From an uncultured Bacilli bacterium (lineage in GTDB: Bacteria; Bacillota_I; Bacilli_A; RF39; UBA660): a DNA stretch of 61,577 bases. The position numbers and the translations under genes are program-made. The DNA lies in NCBI GenBank assembly GCA_947581765.1, contig CANPVU010000004.1, positions 1 through 61,577 of the forward strand. Reading direction: 5' to 3'. Positions within the stretch are counted from its first letter, which is position 1, and every line of letters starts with the position of its first letter. Below, piece by piece: positions 39,182 to 48,914 of the stretch. Below the pieces are notes generated by a model. It did not search any database and was not told the origin of the DNA. It worked only from the letters and a program-made list of their open reading frames with translations.

Positions 39182-41064
39182 ATTAAATCCCTAGACTCCT
39201 GTAAAATTTCATACCACCCAATTTTTTTTATTCTTTTAGAAATAAATATCATGGATATAAAACAAATAAATACTATAAAAATAACAAAAAGTATTAGCAA
39301 TAAAATATTAAAATCAAATAATCTAAATTTAAAAATATTTAAAATATCATTAAGATAATTTAATAAAATTGCAATTATAAATGCAAATATTATTGATTTT
39401 ATTAATAGCTTACATATATTTATTAAGTTAGCAAGAATATAATTTTTTGCAACAAAGTCTGATTTATATCTATAATAATTATAAACACAATAATTATATT
39501 TATAATATTCTATTCTTGATATTAAAGATTGAAAATAAAATAAGAAAGATATTATAATGCATATCAATGCTACCGGATACATTATTATTGATAAAGCACT
39601 AAAACTATTAAATAAATTATAGAATGATTTACTATATCCACTGATAAATTCATTACTATTATTATAATATTTATTAAATACACTATTCATACTTTTAAAA
39701 TTTTTAAAATATAAAATATATTTTGTGGGTTCTGAAAAATAGTTTTCCGTGAATTTAGAATTTATAAAAAACTTTTCATTAATTGTATCTGTCTCTATAC
39801 CATATGGTTTAAAATACATTAATTCATCTTCTGAAAAATCATCAAATATTCCAGCAATTCTAAATTCCTCTTTGCCATTGTACAATTTCAAAGATATTTT
39901 CTTTCCAACTAAACTTTTTATATCTTTGTTATTTGCTAAAGATAATGCATATTTTTTACCAATTATTATATCATTTTTATCTTCAAAATATTGTCCGTAA
40001 ATAATTTTTTTTGAATATTTAAAATATTCAGGATTATATGGAATAGTAACTACATTAAACTCATAAAAAGTATCATCATTTTTCATACTAAAACCATCAT
40101 TAAAATTTGTTATCGGAATATTTAAAGCATAATCAATCACTATTTCTTTCACATTAGGATCACTTAGTAATTCTTGATATTCATTAAAATATTTATCACT
40201 ATATGTTATCTTAAATTGATTTATTTTATATCTTTTCTCAATATTAGATAACAATTTGTTCATTGGAGAATTGCATAAAAATAAAATTAAAATTGATAAA
40301 ACAAATACAATACTAAGTATAAAGTTTGATTTTTTTTCAAATTTAGAATATTTATATTGTTCAAGCATAAATTTTAAAATGGATTTCCTACTAGTTGTAT
40401 CATCAAAAGATATTTCAGCGCCATCAGTAGTGCTATTTTTAGAAACTACATATTCACTTGCATTTTCTAAATTAATAATTTCATCACAATTATTTTTTAA
40501 TTCAGAATCATGTGAACTCATTATTACAATAATATTCTCTTTAATTTTATTTAATAATTTAATCACTTTTAATTTATTTTCTCTATCTAATGAGGCTGTT
40601 GGTTCATCAAGTAATAAGACTTTTTTATTCATTAATACTGCTTGTATAATAGCTATTCTTTGTTTTTCTCCTCCAGATAATTCATTAGGGTATTTATTTC
40701 GTGTATCATATAAATTAAACTTTTTTAAATATTCAATAATTTTTTTATCATCGGTGCAACAAAGTTCTAAATTTTTTAATATTGTTAAATAATCTATAAA
40801 AAATGTATTTTGTGAAATATATCCTATTTTTTCCATCATTAATTCATTATCTACTTTTTTTTGAAATTTTATATTTGATGAAAAAGAGATTTCACCATTA
40901 TCAAAATTTTCAATACCACAGATAATATTTAACAAAGTAGTTTTACCACTTCCACTTCTCCCACATAAAAAATATATTTTTCCTGGATTAAAACAGTAAG
41001 AAAAATTTTCAAATATAACTTGTTTTCCGTAGTGCTTAGATATTTTATCACAATTAATTTTCAT
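39178..41064 (-). CDS. MacB/FtsX-like ABC ATPase-permease fusion
   Basis: GRSGSGKTT, LSGGEKQR and LDEPT motifs; same architecture as its neighbour. Start refined to 41064. Confidence 0.88.
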   Translation of the reverse strand: MKINCDKISKHYGKQVIFENFSYCFNPGKIYFLCGRSGSGKTTLLNIICGIENFDNGEISFSSNIKFQKKVDNELMMEKIGYISQNTFFIDYLTILKNLELCCTDDKKIIEYLKKFNLYDTRNKYPNELSGGEKQRIAIIQAVLMNKKVLLLDEPTASLDRENKLKVIKLLNKIKENIIVIMSSHDSELKNNCDEIINLENASEYVVSKNSTTDGAEISFDDTTSRKSILKFMLEQYKYSKFEKKSNFILSIVFVLSILILFLCNSPMNKLLSNIEKRYKINQFKITYSDKYFNEYQELLSDPNVKEIVIDYALNIPITNFNDGFSMKNDDTFYEFNVVTIPYNPEYFKYSKKIIYGQYFEDKNDIIIGKKYALSLANNKDIKSLVGKKISLKLYNGKEEFRIAGIFDDFSEDELMYFKPYGIETDTINEKFFINSKFTENYFSEPTKYILYFKNFKSMNSVFNKYYNNSNEFISGYSKSFYNLFNSFSALSIIMYPVALICIIISFLFYFQSLISRIEYYKYNYCVYNYYRYKSDFVAKNYILANLINICKLLIKSIIFAFIIAILLNYLNDILNIFKFRLFDFNILLLILFVIFIVFICFISMIFISKRIKKIGWYEILQESRDLI

Positions 41065-41878
41065 TATTTGCCACACTACCCAATAATTCTTTTAATTTAG
41101 TTGTATCAAATGTTTTTCCATCAAAAACATCAATATCAAAAATTTGCTTTTCAACAATTTCTTTTTCTAATAATAATAAATTATTGTAATCTTCTATTTG
41201 ATCTTCAGTTGCCTCATTATCATTAACCAAAGTTGATAAGAATTTTCCATCCTTATTTATATAATCAATTTTAGCAAATTTAATATTTCCATTATATATC
41301 ATATATCCAACTCTAAATACACCATTTCCGCTTTCAATATCTAAAGATGATGCAAAAGATAAATAATCGTATTTTCCATGAGATACTTCTTCTTCATTTA
41401 AACTTGATTTATATAATTCAATAACTAAATTTTCATCGATAGTTTTCAATTCTAATTCTTTCAATTTGGATTCAAAATTTTCTTCATTAAATGCCCCAGA
41501 ATCTAAAAAATCTGATAATTTAAGATATTCTTGTCTAGTTTTTTCTCCATTTAATAATGTATATACACCTGGTTCCATGGTATTAATTGTCTCACCAGTT
41601 TTGCCATCAATGATTGGAATATAAAATTTATCATTAGTGTCTTTTTTCAATAAATCTATCCTATTAAATTCGTATCCATAAATTTTAGTAAAATTCCCAC
41701 TATCATCTTTTTGATAAAAAGTACAAAAGTAATTAATCCAATTATCATCTTCTTTATACGAACATTTTTCTAAGGAATGTACCTCGTTATCTTCTTCAAT
41801 TTTTTTATCATTTTTACAACCTGTTAAAACAATTAAAACAAATCCACATAACAATAAACTTAATAATATTTTTTTCAT
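41054..41878 (-). CDS. Lipoprotein
   Basis: MKKILLSLLLCGFVLIVLTGC lipobox behind AGGAGTG RBS; start 41878. Confidence 0.8.
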   Translation of the reverse strand: MKKILLSLLLCGFVLIVLTGCKNDKKIEEDNEVHSLEKCSYKEDDNWINYFCTFYQKDDSGNFTKIYGYEFNRIDLLKKDTNDKFYIPIIDGKTGETINTMEPGVYTLLNGEKTRQEYLKLSDFLDSGAFNEENFESKLKELELKTIDENLVIELYKSSLNEEEVSHGKYDYLSFASSLDIESGNGVFRVGYMIYNGNIKFAKIDYINKDGKFLSTLVNDNEATEDQIEDYNNLLLLEKEIVEKQIFDIDVFDGKTFDTTKLKELLGSVANNEN

Positions 41879-42209
41879 ATACTCACTCCTTATAATATAA
41901 TGGTAGTGTAAAAAATTCTGCAACATCTACCTAATTTTTCTATATTTAACTTGTATATTTTACAAATTAAATTTACAATACTTATGTATCTTTTATATAA
42001 TTATATCAATTTTGATTTTATTTTTAAATACTAATTTATTGTTAACATAAAAAAAATAAATTTATCAATAATAATAGTATTCATTTTAATAATAATCAAG
42101 ACCATTATTTTTATTAATAATAAAAAAAATAATACTTATACAATTTCATTAGTAATTAACTTTTTAATATTTTTTCATAATTATCCATTTAAACTTTTTT
42201 CACTATTAA

Positions 42210-42240
42210 GGTATATGGGAGAATTAATCCCCCATATACC
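42210..42240 (-). terminator. Hairpin/terminator after the secreted-protein gene
   Basis: GGTATATGGG...CCCATATACC inverted repeat at the stop codon. Confidence 0.6.
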
Positions 42241-42737
42241 TATTTTATACCCATATAATAATCAAAGAAATGATAAACATACGTTGAATCAGCATCACCA
42301 GAACAACTACTAATCATGAATTTCATATATAATTCAGCTTCATTATCGCCTGATGATTCTATATCACCTGATATTTTTGTTGTTACAGCAATATCTTTTA
42401 CCTCTCTATTTTTTATTTCAGCTTCATAAACTTTGACTAAATCATCTCCGCCAAATAAATCGTCTTCCATCAAATGCCCTGTCATAGTTCGTGTACAAGT
42501 CTCATTAAAAGTTCCATTAGAAAGAAATTTAGACAGATTTAGAAAATATACAAAAGTATCACTTCCCTGAGCTGTTGATTTTGATGATGTTACTGAGCGT
42601 GGATACTCTACAGTAAATTTACCCAGTCTGATATTTGGACCGCTTATAACTTCAGTTCTTTCTTCTGCATAAACATTACCGACTAAAGTAAACATTAAAG
42701 CTAAAATACCAATCATAGAAAAAAACCTTCTTTTCAT
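42240..42737 (-). CDS. Secreted protein of unknown function
   Basis: Signal peptide MKRRFFSMIGILALMFTLVGNVYA; AAAGGAGGTG RBS. Confidence 0.8.
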   Translation of the reverse strand: MKRRFFSMIGILALMFTLVGNVYAEERTEVISGPNIRLGKFTVEYPRSVTSSKSTAQGSDTFVYFLNLSKFLSNGTFNETCTRTMTGHLMEDDLFGGDDLVKVYEAEIKNREVKDIAVTTKISGDIESSGDNEAELYMKFMISSCSGDADSTYVYHFFDYYMGIK

Positions 42738-42781
42738 ATATAAATCACCTCCTTTCAATGGATTTATAAAACTAAATTAAT

Positions 42782-43582
42782 TTAATTGATTTTAAGTATA
42801 TCCCCCACCTTAATGATGTATGGAAATTGAATATTATTCAATTTGGCAATATCTTTCCAATTAACATTAAACTTTTTCCCAATTTTTATTAAATAATCTC
42901 CTTTTTGAACTACGTATGTAATCTTATTTTTTAAAAGTTCATCCACTTTATCTTGAATAACTTTATAATCGTATCCTGCCATAGTCAATCGATTTTTCAA
43001 AGTAAGATCATTTCCCCATAATCCATCAATTACTTCATTAGCTACCTCTTCAATAGACTGCTTTTTATCATTAACTTTTATCCAGTTATAAACTTTCTTT
43101 TTAACTTTAACTTGATCACTTAAATAGAGTGCCCTTGTTATATCATATTGGTTATATATTAGCCACGCATAACTCTTAACTTTAGGTTGATATTTTCCCT
43201 TATACCAACCATTACCTTTAAATTTACCTTTACCTGCTGCAATGTGAATATGAGTTCCTGTTGAAATTCCTTTTGTTCCCGGATGATAATATATTTCTCC
43301 TTGTTTAATAATTTGTCCAACACTCAAATTAGAAATATCATTATCATGTAGTGTCATAATAGTCATAAAATCTTTAGTTCCATCTGCATACTCTACTTTA
43401 TCGCTACTTTCTAACCATACAGCATTACAATTTTTATATATTCGTTTTATTACACCAGTAAAAGGTGCTTTTAAATATGTTAATTTAGATATATCGATAG
43501 CTAAGTCACCATTGTGAGAATATGTATCATTCATTTTTTGACTAATATATAATGTATCAACATTAAGTATTGCTTTTTCCAT
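42782..43582 (-). CDS. Endolysin-like protein: M23 peptidase + CW_7 + LysM
   Basis: H....AID and HIH zinc motifs; VANEVIDGLWGN (CW_7); YVVQKGDYL...IAKLNNI (LysM). Confidence 0.85.
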   Translation of the reverse strand: MEKAILNVDTLYISQKMNDTYSHNGDLAIDISKLTYLKAPFTGVIKRIYKNCNAVWLESSDKVEYADGTKDFMTIMTLHDNDISNLSVGQIIKQGEIYYHPGTKGISTGTHIHIAAGKGKFKGNGWYKGKYQPKVKSYAWLIYNQYDITRALYLSDQVKVKKKVYNWIKVNDKKQSIEEVANEVIDGLWGNDLTLKNRLTMAGYDYKVIQDKVDELLKNKITYVVQKGDYLIKIGKKFNVNWKDIAKLNNIQFPYIIKVGDILKIN

Positions 43583-43751
43583 TTTTATTATCACCTATTC
43601 CTACTTTTTGTTCTATATCTGATAATCTCTCATTCATTAATGACAAAGTTGTTAACATTTCTTTCATAGTTGTATTTTGAAAATATATTAAATAAATAAC
43701 TACACCAACTGCTACTCCCTGATTTGCAACAAGGCTAATAATTCCTTCCAT
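43563..43751 (-). CDS. Holin-like / YvrJ-like small membrane protein
   Basis: 62 aa, one TM plus coiled coil; overlaps the endolysin start. Confidence 0.6.
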   Translation of the reverse strand: MEGIISLVANQGVAVGVVIYLIYFQNTTMKEMLTTLSLMNERLSDIEQKVGIGDNKNGKSNT

Positions 43752-43856
43752 TTTTTCTCCTCCTCTCATAAAAATTTATATAATTAATCACACAAAATAT
43801 AAATATTTTATAATCACATCAATCTTTAAATTAATTTAAATTATCATCCTTTCACT

Positions 43857-43887
43857 ATATTCCTCACTTATAACCTTTTTTTGAAGT
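43857..43887 (-). promoter_or_regulatory. Candidate promoter for the element-encoded sigma factor (copy 2)
   Basis: ACTTCAAAAAAAGGTTATAAGTGAGGAATAT, 26/31 identical to 47451-47481. Confidence 0.55.
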
Positions 43888-44022
43888 ATAAAAATAAAAA
43901 AACTAGAAAAAATTTTTCCAGTTTAAAATTTTTCTAGTTTAATTTTTATAAAATAAGAATTTTTAATTGAAATAACAAATCTAAATTTTGAAATTAAAAT
44001 GAAATAATATAACTTAATTAAA

Positions 44023-44724
44023 CTATTTACGATTTTTATATTTCGATATTATATTACTACAAATAATCAGTAATATATTGAATACTATCAAACTTATAAA
44101 AATTTTTTTATATTTTAATTTTAAAGTATTTAATACATTTAATGAGTATTTATTACTTTTATTTATAAAATAATTTTGAAAATCATTATAAATTTCATCT
44201 TCAGATATTAATTTATAAGGAAATTTAGAACGAAAAGATATTTCAATTTTATTTGAAGATTTAAAAAATAAAAGACATGAATCGTTAGTATCATTATAGA
44301 TTATCAAAGGTTCTTTATCTTCTAAAGCTTTTTCTACATCTAAAACTCCTAATTCTTCTAAAAAATTTTGTAAATTAATTTCTGATTTATATTCGCCATA
44401 AATTGATATATCCCCTACGTTTCTTTTGTGACGATCATTTCGCGCTATTGAAAGAAACGCAATTTCATCGAACACTACATAATTATCTTTTGTTAAATCT
44501 ACACCATTAACCATTTTAAAAAATGGATTTTTAATGTCTTTGATATTTATCTTTTCGCTATAATATGAAGAAACAATTATTCTTTTACGAATATAACCAA
44601 TTTCTTTTTTAAATGGATATATCCATTTTAAATATAGTAAAACAAATAATAATAAATTGACTCCAAAAAATATAATAACATTCTTTAATATTTTCATCAC
44701 AAATTGGCCTCCAAAATTTATCAA
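44023..44724 (-). CDS. Hypothetical membrane protein (N- and C-terminal TM)
   Basis: ORF with two terminal hydrophobic helices, downstream of the DUF1906 hydrolase. Confidence 0.65.
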   Translation of the reverse strand: MINFGGQFVMKILKNVIIFFGVNLLLFVLLYLKWIYPFKKEIGYIRKRIIVSSYYSEKINIKDIKNPFFKMVNGVDLTKDNYVVFDEIAFLSIARNDRHKRNVGDISIYGEYKSEINLQNFLEELGVLDVEKALEDKEPLIIYNDTNDSCLLFFKSSNKIEISFRSKFPYKLISEDEIYNDFQNYFINKSNKYSLNVLNTLKLKYKKIFISLIVFNILLIICSNIISKYKNRK

Positions 44725-44821
44725 CTTGATTTATTTCAACTTATAAATAGTATATTTGATTAAAACATTATAATTGCATAATTCTTTAATATTATAGCAT
44801 AATATATTTTAAAGTAAATAA

Positions 44822-47320
44822 TTATCTTCCAGCATTTATTTCATCATATAAATGGTTTTTAAAACTATCAATAGCTGTATCTATATATTTTTGTTCTGCT
44901 TTTGTTATTGTTCCTCTTAATTCTTTTATTGGACTTTCATTTGAATTTATTAATTCACATAATTCATTAAAATGCTTCACTGTCATACATTGTATAAATA
45001 TATTAGCTTTAGCTTTATATGCACATATACCTGTACTAAGTGGTAAAATATAATAATTTAAAAATGCTTCGGGAAGAGTGAAATTTCGTGTATAAATCAT
45101 ATCAAATAAGTTATATGCATCAATATCATCAATATAATCTTTCGAATCGAAAAATTTGTCACCTGGGCGACATATATGTTCTTTTGCCCATTTTTCATAA
45201 TCATATTCTCCATCCTCTTCAAAAGCTATTTTTATTGCTGTTGCAAACGAGATAGTATCTCCTCCCCATCCAGCAAAAGAGTCTACAATTTGATCAAACT
45301 TATTTAATTCAACATTTCCAATCTTATATAACAGTGCATTAAGTACTGCAGCTAGATGTGGAAAATCATGATTAACAATATCTTCATAACTGTCATCCTC
45401 AAAGTCAAAAGTTAAATTATATAATTTTTCATCTACAAGCTCACAATACTTAGTATCAATCGTACCTGCAACAACATCCCATCTAATATTATCTATGAAT
45501 TCCCCTACGTCATCTGCTCTAAAAATTGATGTATCTCCATATCTTTCTTTTCTAATATATTGTAAAACCAACATATTACTTTTCTCTTTATCACCATCTG
45601 TATATTGCAATGCTAAATTATACATATCTAGCAAACTATAGTAAACTTTTCCAATATCGGTTAAATATAAATCTCCTCCTAAACCTAAATCTTTACCTGA
45701 CGTTGCATCTTTATCAATTTCTATTTTTCCATCGCCACTTCCAACTTTAATTGTAGTAAATTGATCAAAAGCCCAATTATCTGGTATGCAAAAGCCAAGA
45801 TTTCCACTAAATCCTGTTGACATGTCACTAACAAAACTATACTTGGCATAACCGGCATTACTAACTTTAGAACAAACATTTCTTGTACCATAAATACTTA
45901 CAGGATACTTATTATTTAATGAATCTTTCATAATAGAACTTAATATTTTAAAGTAAGGTATAATGTAATCGGTAATTTCAGATTCTTGTGGATCACAATC
46001 TACAGCAAAGTAAATACTCGTTCCACTTGGCAGTCCTAATTTAGATGCATGATCAAAGGCATTTAACAAATCATTAGTAGCTCTTTGCACTGTAAAATAT
46101 GAAACAGAATTTGCACTTTGTTGATATATTGGGAATATCCTTAAACCAGCCTCTACTGCTATTTTTAATTCATCAATTGTTAATGCTTTGCTTTCTCCAC
46201 TTGCAATATATCCAGATAAATATCTTCCAACTATGCGATAACCATTATCGTATAAAGTTTTTGCTTTTTCTTTGGTTAAAATAGTAGCACAATCACACGC
46301 AGAAGCTGGTCTTTCTGTGTCACCACAACTTATCAATAATGAAAGCCACGTTGTATAATCTATCTCACCAGTAACAGGTATAACATACTTTGTTTGAAAT
46401 TGACTAATAGTATTTTCTTTTAATGTTGAAGAAATAGTACCATCTCCAAAGCCATTGAAATATAATAACATGTTTGCTAATATTTTAAATTTTTCAATTT
46501 TTTCACTAGAATATGAACTTCCATTATAACTAGTTCCCTTTGAAGTTCCTTCAACTGAAAGAGTTGGCAAACAACTTTTTGTCGATGGTCCACAATTTCC
46601 ATTTGCAACAGACGTAGACATTCCTTCTTCTGCCTGTATTGCATAAATTAAAGCTTTATTTGTTCTTCTTCCATATACTCCATCACATGGACACAAACCT
46701 ATATAATCTTCATAATTTTTATTTAAATATCTTTGCATTTCAATAATATTTTTAGTTCTTGTTGAATTATCATAAGAGTAGAAGTAATCCATAGACATTA
46801 ATGCTTTCATAACATTTACCGTTACATAAGATGTTGTATCTTCCACACCAGCATCTTCTTTTAAATTTCTAATAGCATTACCTGTTCCCGAATAAAAGTT
46901 ACCTGTTGGTTTATTGGTACCGATACTATATCCTTTGCATAATAATGCTCCTTGAACAATTCCAACTATTCTTCTATATTTTATTAATTCTATGACTTTA
47001 TTTTTATTTTCTTCACTCATATCATCTGTATTAAGTGCTTGAAGTTCTTCTAATGATAAAAATTCTAAAGGATCAACTCTATTATCAGGATCTGTTTCTA
47101 CCAATGGTGTAACTGATATATATTCTTTAAATGAATTTTCTGTACTAGGTCCAAAATTATCAACTATTGCACCAACATTTAGTGTAATTTGTAAAGCATG
47201 TACTAATGCATATATTGTAGTCCAACCTGTTTTTCCAGTTACAGTAATTTCTTCATATCCTGGTTCTCCCTTAAAATTTTGATTTACCCATTCTTGAACA
47301 TTTACTATATATGGGTCCAT
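44822..47320 (-). CDS. Peptidoglycan-binding + DUF1906 glycoside hydrolase (YbfG/YkuG-like)
   Basis: TGKTGWTTIYALVHALQ, PCDGVYGR, CDCAT, VGRYL, IYFAVD, YGTRNVC and SDMSTGFSGNLG motifs. Start refined to 47320. Confidence 0.88.
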   Translation of the reverse strand: MDPYIVNVQEWVNQNFKGEPGYEEITVTGKTGWTTIYALVHALQITLNVGAIVDNFGPSTENSFKEYISVTPLVETDPDNRVDPLEFLSLEELQALNTDDMSEENKNKVIELIKYRRIVGIVQGALLCKGYSIGTNKPTGNFYSGTGNAIRNLKEDAGVEDTTSYVTVNVMKALMSMDYFYSYDNSTRTKNIIEMQRYLNKNYEDYIGLCPCDGVYGRRTNKALIYAIQAEEGMSTSVANGNCGPSTKSCLPTLSVEGTSKGTSYNGSSYSSEKIEKFKILANMLLYFNGFGDGTISSTLKENTISQFQTKYVIPVTGEIDYTTWLSLLISCGDTERPASACDCATILTKEKAKTLYDNGYRIVGRYLSGYIASGESKALTIDELKIAVEAGLRIFPIYQQSANSVSYFTVQRATNDLLNAFDHASKLGLPSGTSIYFAVDCDPQESEITDYIIPYFKILSSIMKDSLNNKYPVSIYGTRNVCSKVSNAGYAKYSFVSDMSTGFSGNLGFCIPDNWAFDQFTTIKVGSGDGKIEIDKDATSGKDLGLGGDLYLTDIGKVYYSLLDMYNLALQYTDGDKEKSNMLVLQYIRKERYGDTSIFRADDVGEFIDNIRWDVVAGTIDTKYCELVDEKLYNLTFDFEDDSYEDIVNHDFPHLAAVLNALLYKIGNVELNKFDQIVDSFAGWGGDTISFATAIKIAFEEDGEYDYEKWAKEHICRPGDKFFDSKDYIDDIDAYNLFDMIYTRNFTLPEAFLNYYILPLSTGICAYKAKANIFIQCMTVKHFNELCELINSNESPIKELRGTITKAEQKYIDTAIDSFKNHLYDEINAGR

Positions 47321-47450
47321 ATAATCATCTCCTTCTAATTGTTCCAATTTATTACTTTTTTTAGAATAAGAATAATATACTAATTACCTGCAGGATTTAA
47401 AAATAAAAGTATTAAATTGAAATATTGCGAAGAGTTTTAAACTCTTCACA

Positions 47451-47481
47451 ATATTCCTCATTTATCAAACTTTTTTGAAGT
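47451..47481 (-). promoter_or_regulatory. Candidate promoter for the element-encoded sigma factor (copy 1)
   Basis: ACTTCAAAAAAGTTTGATAAATGAGGAATAT directly after the sigma gene stop. Confidence 0.55.
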
Positions 47482-47939
47482 TAATATTTTATATTTTTTA
47501 AAATTTTTTTTAGTCCACCATCTATACTATACTTTATTGCTCTTGGACTGCATCCTTCTTCAATCGAAATTTCTTTTAAAGTTTTGTTTTGAAAAAAATA
47601 CTTTTTTAATCTTCTTTTTTCTATTTCTGGTAATTTATCTATTTCATTTAAAATATTTTCATAAAAAATTTTATTTATTACCATTTCTTCTAATGAATTA
47701 TTAATTATTTTAACTTTTTTATATAACATTTCATCCGTTTGTTCTATATGTTCAGTATGTCTATCATATTCATTCATTATTTTTTTATCTTGTAATTCAA
47801 ATTGATTAAATGCATTATATAGCTCATCACTAATTTTTAATAATTGATTATTTCCTTTACTATCTGTAAAAGATATATGGTTATTATCAACTAATGTATA
47901 TGGATTATATTTATCCTTCCTCCTCTTTACTTTTATCAT
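47481..47939 (-). CDS. Sigma-70 region 4 domain protein (ICE-type, Tn916 Orf7-like)
   Basis: LPEIEKRRLKKYFFQNKTLKEISIEEGCSPRAIKYSI helix-turn-helix. Confidence 0.85.
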   Translation of the reverse strand: MIKVKRRKDKYNPYTLVDNNHISFTDSKGNNQLLKISDELYNAFNQFELQDKKIMNEYDRHTEHIEQTDEMLYKKVKIINNSLEEMVINKIFYENILNEIDKLPEIEKRRLKKYFFQNKTLKEISIEEGCSPRAIKYSIDGGLKKILKNIKY

Positions 47940-48136
47940 TTTTTACCTCCAATCAAATAAATTCTTTTATTCGATTAGGAGGCGCTCTAATAAAAAACAT
48001 AAAATCAACTCCAAACAAAGTGTTTAGAGTTTAGGCTATAATTTGGGTAAAAAAAATTACACTACCTGGTAAGCAAGTGCACTAGCTTGTAATTCAACTC
48101 AAAAAAAAAAGACTTCAAAATGAAGTCTAAAATAAT

Positions 48137-48880
48137 CTACCAAGAGCCACTCCAAGTTGCTTGAGCTGGAGGTATTTCATCAAAGGAATCTTTAGAACTT
48201 GAAGCAAATATTATACCTGAATTACTAATTGTAAAATTTCTAGCTTTACCTATAGTTACATTTTCAACAGCATGAGCATAGTCACCTGTTGCTTTTTGAC
48301 TAACTATAGTTGCATCAACAGACTTTTGAACATCAAAATAAAGGGTCTGTGATAAAGATGTCATATCTCCAGTAGGAACCTTAAATGTCGCCGCAGAACC
48401 TGCATCTTGAGTTGTTGGATAATATGCTTGTATTGTTCTACAAGTTCCATCTGTAATACAATAAGTTTGTTCAAAATGCAAAATTCCTCTTAATTTAACA
48501 CTAGCATAGTGACCAATTGCTATTGTGTCGTAACTTCGAACCTTTGGAAAATTTTTCCAATTTAAAACTGCTTTATAACGATAATATGATCCATTATTTG
48601 AAATAGTTGTTGTTAATTTTTTATAACTTGTCTCAACATATGCTGAACCATTTACATTATTCACATTTTCATCGTAATTATCAAATTCTTCTTTAGAAAT
48701 TTCCTCAGTAAAAGTTGTAGGAACTAATGATATATATTGATTGTTAAATGTAATGGTCTTATAATACCTTTCAACTTTTGATACTTCTTTAAAAACAGAA
48801 TCTTCTTCTAATGCAAATGCATTAAATGGTAAAAAAAGCGAAAAGCCTAAAATACAATAAGTAAGTAATTTTTTTATAAT
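48137..48880 (-). CDS. Secreted protein with apparent non-canonical start codon (ATT/ATA)
   Basis: Frame extends 72 codons upstream of the GTG at 48664 to IIKKLLTYCILGFSLFLPFNAFA (signal peptide) behind AGAGGAG RBS. Confidence 0.7.
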   Translation of the reverse strand: MIKKLLTYCILGFSLFLPFNAFALEEDSVFKEVSKVERYYKTITFNNQYISLVPTTFTEEISKEEFDNYDENVNNVNGSAYVETSYKKLTTTISNNGSYYRYKAVLNWKNFPKVRSYDTIAIGHYASVKLRGILHFEQTYCITDGTCRTIQAYYPTTQDAGSAATFKVPTGDMTSLSQTLYFDVQKSVDATIVSQKATGDYAHAVENVTIGKARNFTISNSGIIFASSSKDSFDEIPPAQATWSGSW

Positions 48881-48914
48881 ATATTTAATCTCCTCTCTTA
48901 AACATAAATATAGT

